A stretch of DNA of 64,000 bases from an uncultured delta proteobacterium. Its GTDB lineage: Bacteria > Myxococcota > Kuafuiibacteriia > Kuafuiibacteriales > Kuafuiibacteriaceae. The number at the start of each line of letters is the position of its first letter. Positions within the stretch are counted from its first letter, which is position 1. A model generated the notes under the pieces. That model had not been told where the DNA came from and did not search any database. It worked only from the letters and a program-made list of their open reading frames with translations. The position numbers and the translations under genes were made by a program. The stretch is taken from the NCBI GenBank assembly GCA_963803435.1, contig CAWDML010000009.1, forward strand, positions 576,001-640,000, given 5' to 3'. Below are positions 56,801-64,000 of the stretch, one piece after another.

Positions 56801-58929
56801 TACGGTCGGCCGTGGGGTGGCCGGAGGAGCGTCGGGCGGACGGGGACGTGGGCGCACAGCATGATCTCGAATCGGTCGTCCGACACTTCGCCGAACCGCG
56901 CGAGCTCTCGATCAAGCTGCTCGCCACCTGCGAGGAGGCGCACGGCAACCCGTTCGGGGCCGAGCTGCGCGCGTGGATCCGTCTCTTCGAGGCCTACGAG
57001 CTCGAGGTCTCCGACCCGGCGTCCGCGGAGCTTCGCATGCCTTCGATGCGGCCGACGCTCCGGGCGCTGATCGAGCAGCAGGGCGCCTCCTGGATCGCCG
57101 ACTTCATCGGGTGCTTCACGGCGAGCACGGTGGTGATCCAGCAGGACGAGATGAGCTATCTCGCGTCCTGGCACAGCACGTCCGGCGGTCAATCCAAAGT
57201 CTTCTACTTCCACCCGAACGACTGGGGTCTGTGGCCGACGGAGGGCTCGCTCCTGGCGCGGCTCTACCGGCTGCTCCAGGAGGAGGAGCGCGAGCGCTGG
57301 GAGGAGGACGCGTCCATCGAAGCGCAGGTGCTCCTGCTCGAGCGCGAGGCGAGACAGGAGAAGCTCTCGCCGCACCTCGATCCGGCGTCGCTGTTCCCGC
57401 GCGTCGACTGGCTGGTGCACGCGCTCCTGGGCGTCGGACGCGATCTGGGCCGCGAGCTGGTCCGTGCCGCGCCGCTCGGGCAGTGGAAGAAGGAGCGGCC
57501 TCTCCTCGAGGGCGCCCCGCACCTCGCCACCTACTGGATCTGGTCGCACTACCTGCTCGACAACCAGGAAGCGCTCGAGGATCTGCTCGAGGTCACCGCC
57601 GGCGAGAGCAACGGTGTGTTCGCCGACGCCCGTGAGCTGGTGGTCGCGCTGGTGGACGGAAAGGCGACGAGGCTCGGCGATCGCAACAACGCCGCCTTCG
57701 CCGAGCTCAAGCAGAAGATCGAGGCGGCGGCGCCGGTCGGGGTCTTCGGTGAGGAAGCCCTGGCGCGGCGCAAGCGGCGCGAGGAGGAGGCCGAGTCCCG
57801 CGGTGGCCCCGAGGCGGCGGCGCTGTCGGTGCTGGAGGCGCGCGCCCAGAGCGAGCCGCGGATCGCGGAGGCCCTCCGACTGCTCGACCACCTCTCGCGC
57901 GGCGGCGCCCATCGTCCCCAAGCCACGCAGTCGGTCCCGCTCGATGCGGACGCCGCGATGGCCCGCCTCTACGAGCTGGTCGACCCGCGGTTTCGCGATC
58001 TGATCGAGGCGCGCGTCCGCCGGACCGCCCTGTTCGCCGACACCCATCGGGAGGCCTCCTGGGGGCTCCTGCTCGCGTGGGCCGCCGTCGCCGAAGACCT
58101 GGCGGACTTCGAAGCGCTGCTGGAGAAGGCCGGGACCAAGAACCTGGGACCGAGGCGCATGACCGAGCTCTACCGTGCGTACGCGACCTTCTCCGATCGC
58201 CGCGCGACCGAGATCCTCGCGCTCGGCGCGACGCAGTGGATCGACGATGTCGAGGACTGGATCCGGATGACGCCGAGCGAGCCCGTCCTGCGCCTGCTGG
58301 AGCGCGACGTGCTCGAGACGCACCAGATGATGGCGGGGCTGCTCGAGCGTGCCAGCTTCTCCGGCGCCAACTGGGAGGTCTGTGTCCGGGTGGCGTGCGC
58401 CGCCGGCGAGCTCCGATCGACGCGTGCGGTCAAAGGCCTCGAGCGCGCCGTCGACAAGCAGCTCGGCCGCATCGACGACGGCACGCGGGCCGAGGTGGTG
58501 CGCGCGCTCTATCTGGCGGCCGGAACCAGCGCGCGCGCGTTCCTGGAGAAGCAGGCGGAGCGAAAGATCGCTGCGATCCGCTACGCCGATCCCGCGGACG
58601 TGCCGCTGCTCGAGAAGGATCTGGCGTGCCTGCTCTCGGGCCTGCTCCCGGCGGCACCCGACGACGAGCACGTGATCCGGCAGGCTTCGGAGCTCCTCGG
58701 CGCTCTGGTGTCGACGATCGAGCGGGCGGGCCGCCGGCTCCAGCTGGAGGGGACGATCGCGGCCGCCGAAGCGATCGTCCGCGGCGCCGCGCTCGGTGAG
58801 GTGCGGGCGCTCTCGGGTCGTGTCGCCGAAGTGGCGTCGCTGTCGGCCCCCGACCGCGGACCCGCCGCTCGCAAGATCGAGGCGCTGGCCGCGCTGGCGC
58901 GCACGGTGGCCGCGGATCTCTCGGCGTGA
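56797..58929 (+). CDS. Hypothetical ~710-aa protein: SUKH-like N-region plus helical repeats
   Basis: GTGA overlap with the kinase; GC3-rich ORF; domain call is pattern-based only. Confidence 0.65.
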   Translation: MIRSAVGWPEERRADGDVGAQHDLESVVRHFAEPRELSIKLLATCEEAHGNPFGAELRAWIRLFEAYELEVSDPASAELRMPSMRPTLRALIEQQGASWIADFIGCFTASTVVIQQDEMSYLASWHSTSGGQSKVFYFHPNDWGLWPTEGSLLARLYRLLQEEERERWEEDASIEAQVLLLEREARQEKLSPHLDPASLFPRVDWLVHALLGVGRDLGRELVRAAPLGQWKKERPLLEGAPHLATYWIWSHYLLDNQEALEDLLEVTAGESNGVFADARELVVALVDGKATRLGDRNNAAFAELKQKIEAAAPVGVFGEEALARRKRREEEAESRGGPEAAALSVLEARAQSEPRIAEALRLLDHLSRGGAHRPQATQSVPLDADAAMARLYELVDPRFRDLIEARVRRTALFADTHREASWGLLLAWAAVAEDLADFEALLEKAGTKNLGPRRMTELYRAYATFSDRRATEILALGATQWIDDVEDWIRMTPSEPVLRLLERDVLETHQMMAGLLERASFSGANWEVCVRVACAAGELRSTRAVKGLERAVDKQLGRIDDGTRAEVVRALYLAAGTSARAFLEKQAERKIAAIRYADPADVPLLEKDLACLLSGLLPAAPDDEHVIRQASELLGALVSTIERAGRRLQLEGTIAAAEAIVRGAALGEVRALSGRVAEVASLSAPDRGPAARKIEALAALARTVAADLSA

Positions 58930-59039
58930 GCGCCGGCGTTCTGTTTTGACACCCTCGTCAAAGACAACGACCTCCGCCCCTCATCCATTCGTGAATCCAG
59001 CTACTTATGCCTGGATCAGCTGTTGCTTTGGGTGGCTCC

Positions 59040-60737
59040 ATGTCGCTTCCCGCCTCACTGGACGCTCTGTCGCCCCGAACGACCGCGGCAGGTCGCGCCG
59101 CGCCGCGGACCGAGTCGGGCCCCACCGGCGCCGGCGTGGGCCAGTCCGTCCGTCGGGGGCTCGGTGCCGTCGATACGGAGCGCCGTACCCAGATCCAGCA
59201 CCTCGAACAGCTCTTCGAGCGCGCCGAGATGCGCCGGCGCGAGCGGCGCGACACGCCCGCCGAGCGGATGCTCGCCCTGTCCCGGGCGCTCGCCTCGCCG
59301 GAGGACCAGAAGGCCCGCGGGATCATCCGCCGGGAGATCGCGCTGAGCGTTCCGCGCCTGGGCCTGGTCGCCTTCGTCCGCAGCCACGGACATAGCAAGC
59401 AGCCTCTCACCCTCGTCTCTGCCCTCCTGGGCAGCGGCCTGATCAAGCGCGCCAACGAGCTGCTCGGGCAGTCGATGGTCGATGTGCGGGTGCTGCCGCG
59501 GCTGTCGGCGGCGTACGGCGCCGCGGCCCGAGACCTCCGCCACTTCGGGATCGAGGCGCGGATCATCCGGACCGCGTACGACGGCGTCGAGCTGGGCGTG
59601 ATCGGCGACCTCGACGACGCCGGTCTGGCGACCATCCACGAGATCCTCGAGCGGCGCGTCCGCCAGGTCCTCGAAGGCTTCCACCTCGCGCTCGACATCC
59701 AGCTCGCCGATCTCGACTTCGCGATCACGGTCGGCGCGGCGGCGATCGTCGACACCACCTTCCCCGCGCTCCTCACTGCGCACATGCGGGCCGGCGGGGC
59801 CGCCAAGGCGGCGCGCGTGAGGGGCGGAAGCTGCTCTCACTCGGTCGACCTCGCCCTCGAGATCCTCGGCGACTACCGTCGCTGGGTCGAGTCGTCCGGC
59901 GTCACCAAGATCGCGGGCATGCCCGCGGTGACGTACGATCCGGTGGGCGGGCGGATGCGCATCAACCTCGAGCTGCTCTCGGCGCAGCGCGCCGGTACGC
60001 TGCCGCTCGCGATCACCCGCCGGCTCGCGCCCGTGCGCGCCGCGCTCAACGTGCTCGACTGGGTCTACTATCAACGGTCCGACCGCTGGGCCGAGGACGC
60101 CGGACGCGCCGCGCGCGCGCTCGAATGGATCGATCGTCTCGGCGAGGCCGAGCCCCTCTCGCCCGCGCAGCGCGACGGCCTCGAAGCGTTCCTGGTCGAG
60201 ATCCACCCCCGGCTCGCGTTCGTGCGCGCCGCCGCCGAGGGGCCGTGGACCACGTTCGTCGTCGACATGAAGAAGCTCGGTCCGCGCGGGCTGTCCATCT
60301 GCGAGCGCGTCGCGCGCCAGCTCCTCGAGCGCGACCACGTCGGGGACGACGATCTCGATCTCGCCCGCATCCGCCAGAACGATCTCATCCAGGATCTCAA
60401 GCAGGTCCTCGACGTCGCGGTGGAGACCGTGCGGGCCCGCGCCGGGGAGGGCGCCCAGATCTTCGCGGCCAAGGGTGGTGACGACGTGATCATCGGCGTG
60501 CGCACCCGAGGAGCCGCGCTCCCGAAGTCACTGCGCTGGGGGATCGCGGCGGTGCTGGCCACGCTCCCGGGCGTGCGCGTGGGCTCCGGTGAGAGCTCGG
60601 GCGTGCCGGCGCAGATCGACCAGGACATCGGGCTGCTCGAGCAGCAGGTGTCGTCCACGCTCAAGAAGGTCGAGCGGTTGGATCGTCCCGGCTGTTACTT
60701 CCTCGACCAGAATCGAGTGGTGACGGTGGCGCTCTGA
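59040..60737 (+). CDS. Hypothetical protein with two GGDEF/palm-like domains, the second with GGDD
   Basis: IKRANELLGQSMVD and RTAYDGV in domain 1; FVVDMKKLG and AKGGDDVII in domain 2. Confidence 0.6.
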   Translation: MSLPASLDALSPRTTAAGRAAPRTESGPTGAGVGQSVRRGLGAVDTERRTQIQHLEQLFERAEMRRRERRDTPAERMLALSRALASPEDQKARGIIRREIALSVPRLGLVAFVRSHGHSKQPLTLVSALLGSGLIKRANELLGQSMVDVRVLPRLSAAYGAAARDLRHFGIEARIIRTAYDGVELGVIGDLDDAGLATIHEILERRVRQVLEGFHLALDIQLADLDFAITVGAAAIVDTTFPALLTAHMRAGGAAKAARVRGGSCSHSVDLALEILGDYRRWVESSGVTKIAGMPAVTYDPVGGRMRINLELLSAQRAGTLPLAITRRLAPVRAALNVLDWVYYQRSDRWAEDAGRAARALEWIDRLGEAEPLSPAQRDGLEAFLVEIHPRLAFVRAAAEGPWTTFVVDMKKLGPRGLSICERVARQLLERDHVGDDDLDLARIRQNDLIQDLKQVLDVAVETVRARAGEGAQIFAAKGGDDVIIGVRTRGAALPKSLRWGIAAVLATLPGVRVGSGESSGVPAQIDQDIGLLEQQVSSTLKKVERLDRPGCYFLDQNRVVTVAL

Positions 60738-60768
60738 GCGGCCGAGCTGATAAACACATCTCTCGACG

Positions 60769-61311
60769 ATGACGCGCGGGCTTTTGGTGCTCCTCCTCCT
60801 CCTCCCGTTCGCCGACGCCCACGCGGCCGGTACGGAGCAGCTCGCCGTCGGGGACGAAGCCCCCCAGTTCGTCCTGAAGGCGCTCAACCCGAAGCAGTCG
60901 AACATGACGACCTTCGCGCTCCGTAAGTTCGTCGGTGTGGACGCCACCGAGCCGAAGCGCGCCGTCGTCCTCAGCTTCGCCGCCTCCTACTGCGAGCCCT
61001 GCAAGCGGGAGCTCGGCGAGCTCAAGAAGCTCGAGGCCAAGCTGGGCGCGTCGAACGTGGTCCTCGCGGTGGTGGTGATCGACACGGAGGCCGAGGGTAT
61101 CGAGAAGATGCGCAAGCTGACCGTCGAGGAGCTCGGCCTCACGTATCCCGTGCTCACCGACCGCTTCGGCGTCCTCGCCAAGCGGTACCACGCGAGCATG
61201 CTGCCGATGACCGTGGTCGTGAAGCCGGACGGGAAGATCAAGTGGTTGAGCTCCGGCTTCCGCGAGGGCGCGATCGACGCGCTCCTCGGCGAGCTCGCGA
61301 TCGAGAAGTGA
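60769..61311 (+). CDS. Exported TlpA/ResA-like thioredoxin
   Basis: Signal peptide; GDEAPQF; FAASYCEPC; YPVLTD; LPMTVVV. Confidence 0.9.
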   Translation: MTRGLLVLLLLLPFADAHAAGTEQLAVGDEAPQFVLKALNPKQSNMTTFALRKFVGVDATEPKRAVVLSFAASYCEPCKRELGELKKLEAKLGASNVVLAVVVIDTEAEGIEKMRKLTVEELGLTYPVLTDRFGVLAKRYHASMLPMTVVVKPDGKIKWLSSGFREGAIDALLGELAIEK

Positions 61312-61312
61312 C

Positions 61313-62858
61313 TCAAAAGCTGACGTCGATGGGCCCGATCCCGAGCGGCGGCTCCCCGCTGTCCTTCGTCAGCACGATCGCGGTGACCGTGCCCGCGGCG
61401 GCCACCGCGACGCCCGCCGCCACGGCCCAGACCCACCAGGGGATGGCGACCGCGGGCAGGTGCTCGCCCCGCTCGATGGGGAGCGACACCGGGTCGGGAT
61501 CGCCGAAGCTGTCGATCACCACGCCCGAGAGGTCGCGGAGGAACACCTTCACCAGGATCTGACCGGTGTAGGTCTCCATGTTGCCGGTGTCCTCGATCGT
61601 GCCGGCGAGCTCGCGCCGTCCATTCCTCTCAGTGGATCGGGGTCGGTCGGCCGCGAACATGGCGCCGCCGCTGCCCCAGATCTGGAGGTCGCCACCCTCG
61701 ACGAGGCCGAACGGATCGCCGCCGATGTCGGCGACGACGCGATAGACCAGCCCGTGCTCGCCCTGATCGCGCAGCACGTGGACCTCGGTGATCCGGATCG
61801 GCTCGGTGCAGGGGCTCCTCGCCTGCGCCTCGCGGAACGCGGCCGCCAGCGCGCGGACCGGCACCGTCGAAGGCAGGCCCGGCTCAGCGCAGAGCGCCTG
61901 CCCGAAGGTCCGCTCGGAGAGATCGGTGCGCCCGCGGGCCCGCTGGATCGCGCCGAGCATCTCGAGGGCCTCGGCCAGCTCCCGCCTCTCGAGGTGTCCG
62001 TTGTTGCGCAGCTTCACCAGCATGCCCTCGGCGTCGTCGAGCCGGAGGTTCCCGAGGGCCTTTTCTGCCAGGGCGAGGGCGTCACCGGTGGTGAGCCCGT
62101 CGATCGCAGCCGCCGTCTGGGACGGTCCGCTCGGTCCCTGGGTGAGGCCGCCGACCGCACGGATGGCCGCCGTCTCGAGGCTCGGATCGCTGGCGTGGGC
62201 CGCCGCCACCAGCCGGCGGCGCGCCAGCTCGGCCCGCAGGCGGTGGTGGAGAAACTGCGAGAAGTCGCTCAGGCGCTCGGGCGGGACGCGCGCCAGCGGA
62301 GGCGGCCGCGTGAAGCGATCGAGCCGCAGCTCGGCCGCCACCGGGCCGAGGTGCGGGAGCGCCTCCAGGGCGCGCGCCTGGTGGTGGTGATAGGCGAGGG
62401 CGTCGAGGGCGATCGCGTCGGCGGTGGGCGCCGGCGGCGTCACGCTGATCTCCCTGGACCAGCGCCTTCTTCGCCACGAGCCCGCCCTGGCGATTGCGGA
62501 TCTCCAGGGTGGCCTCGACCTTTGCCGTCCCGACCGGGCGCGCGGGTCCAACGACCAACGCATAGACGATCACCACCGCCCCTGGGCGTTGATCGATCAC
62601 CTCGACCCAGGGCGCGATGCCGAGCCCCTGGTCGGCGTGAACGCCGGTGGCCCGTCCCTCGAGCTCGCCGCGGGCGTCGTCGACCGGGAGCTCCGTGCGG
62701 ACGAGGAGCGTGTCGCCGGCGGCGATCGACAGCGTCGCCCGAGCGGGCACCGTTCGCTCGGTGCGGGCCTCGATCGCGAGGATGCGCTTCTCTTTCTCGC
62801 TCGCGGGCGCGTCGAGCTCGGCCCCCGTCTGTGCCACGAGCGCCAGCAGAGCCAGCAC
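61313..62858 (-). CDS. Hypothetical exported protein with TPR-like region and C-terminal TM; one frameshift near 62455
   Basis: VLALLALVAQ... frame joins EISVTPPAP... frame; PWWVW anchor and terminal IDVSF. Confidence 0.6.
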
Positions 62859-62912
62859 GCCGCGGAGAGTAGCACCTCGACTCCCGACCCTCGACTCAGT
62901 ATCGTGCGCGCA

Positions 62913-63440
62913 ATGGCGCGCCCTGTGGTCGCCGCGCTCGTGTTGGTGTCGGCGTGCGGAGGTGACGTGCGCTTTCGCCCGCTGGCGCTCGACGTTCAGG
63001 GCTTGTCCGGCCGCGCCGAGCGGCTGGTGGTGCTGGTCTTTCCGGCGAGCTCCGAGCAATCGTGCGCAGGCATCGATCTCGACAACGTTCGGTCGCTGGA
63101 CGCGCCCTTCTCGGCGGAGTGGGTCCGCAGCACGGACGGGAGCGCGCGCCACCTCGAGCTGCCGGCGATCGAGGAGCGCAGCGTCACCATCATCGCCTAC
63201 AGTGAAGATGCTCAGGGTATGCCGATTCAGCTCGGCTGTACCGAGGTCGACTTCGTCGACATCGAGTCGCCCGAGGCCTCGCTCCGACTGTCGATGCGCA
63301 TGGCGAGTCGATTCCGTATAGTACCCGCGTGCCCCAGTTCGGGCCCTTCGAGCTCGAGCGTTTGCTCGGTCGCGGTGGGATGGCGGAGGCGTTCCTCGGC
63401 TATCGAAAGAGCGATCCACGCCATCACCCGCTGGTCCTGA
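62913..63440 (+). CDS. Hypothetical lipoprotein (3' end uncertain, overlaps the next gene)
   Basis: MARPVVAALVLVSA-C lipobox. Confidence 0.6.
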   Translation: MARPVVAALVLVSACGGDVRFRPLALDVQGLSGRAERLVVLVFPASSEQSCAGIDLDNVRSLDAPFSAEWVRSTDGSARHLELPAIEERSVTIIAYSEDAQGMPIQLGCTEVDFVDIESPEASLRLSMRMASRFRIVPACPSSGPSSSSVCSVAVGWRRRSSAIERAIHAITRWS

Positions 63441-64000
63441 AGCGCATCCGTCCCGATCTCGCGCAGAACGAAGAGTATTACCGGCGCTTCGTGCTCGAGG
63501 CGCAGGTCGCGTCTCGGCTCGACCATCCGAACCTGGTGCGCTTCCTCGAGTTCGGTCGTGTCGGTCGCTGTCATTACATCGCGATGGATCAGGTGCGCGG
63601 CTTCAGCCTCAAGCGAATGCTCGAGCCGGTGTTCTCGTCCGGTCGCGGTCCCTCGCCCGCGGCCGCCGTCTATCTCGGTGCCGGGATCCTCGATGGTCTG
63701 GCCGCGATGCACTCGGTGAAGGACGAGAAGGGCGAGCCGCGCCCGATGCTCCACCGGGACGTTACGCCCGCCAACATCATCATCGCGCACGACGGCCGTC
63801 CGGTGATCATCGACTTCGGGATCACGAAGGACGTGCTCGGCCCGCAGATCACGCTCCCGGGCCGCGTGATCGGCACAATGCGATACATGGCGCCCGAGCA
63901 CCGCAAGGCCGAGTTCATCGATGCGCGCGCCGACGTGTTCTCGGCGAGCGTGATCCTGTTCGAGCTCCTGGCGGCGCGACCGCCCTGGCCGCCGATCGAG
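63329..64000 (+). CDS. Ser/Thr protein kinase, truncated by the window end (absent from the ORF track)
   Basis: FGPFELERLLGRGGMAE, LVLKRI, LDHPNL, HRDVTPAN, IDFG, GTMRYMAPE, ADVFS. Confidence 0.93.
   Translation, partial: MPQFGPFELERLLGRGGMAEAFLGYRKSDPRHHPLVLKRIRPDLAQNEEYYRRFVLEAQVASRLDHPNLVRFLEFGRVGRCHYIAMDQVRGFSLKRMLEPVFSSGRGPSPAAAVYLGAGILDGLAAMHSVKDEKGEPRPMLHRDVTPANIIIAHDGRPVIIDFGITKDVLGPQITLPGRVIGTMRYMAPEHRKAEFIDARADVFSASVILFELLAARPPWPPIE

Noticed and set aside
60769-61311. Second selenoprotein (redoxin)
   Set aside because: Active site is CEPC with ordinary TGC codons
15955-62460. Programmed frameshifting at the isolated breaks (~15963, ~18335, ~25545, ~37300-37720, ~62455)
   Set aside because: No slippery heptamers seen; scattered single indels in unrelated genes fit sequencing error better

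Overview
High-GC (roughly 70% by eye) bacterial DNA. Gene content (Cys-rich lipoproteins, PEGA, HEAT, Ser/Thr kinases, PPC domains) fits Myxococcota/deltaproteobacteria. It opens with housekeeping genes (AMMECR1-family, lolC/E-like, rseP, rpsP-khpA-rimM-trmD-rplS, purF) and continues with accessory envelope and signalling genes plus three tRNAs (Leu-UAA, CAU, Leu-CAG). Many single-base frameshifts, dense at 38.2-45.2 kb, look like long-read indel errors. Main observations: (1) an unannotated 110-codon minus-strand gene (14604-14936) with an in-frame UGA followed 11 nt later by a SECIS-like hairpin, a candidate selenoprotein; (2) a 6.6-kb anti-sigma / ECF sigma / TPR-CHAT lipoprotein / convergent S8 lipoprotein cassette bracketed by two inward-facing copies of a 28-bp element (25/28 identical); (3) a stand-alone tandem-palm GGDEF/Cas10-like protein with a GGDD motif; (4) a YqiJ-flotillin-large AAA+ ATPase operon. 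Family calls come from motif recognition, not database searches. No CRISPR array, integrase or transposase was seen.
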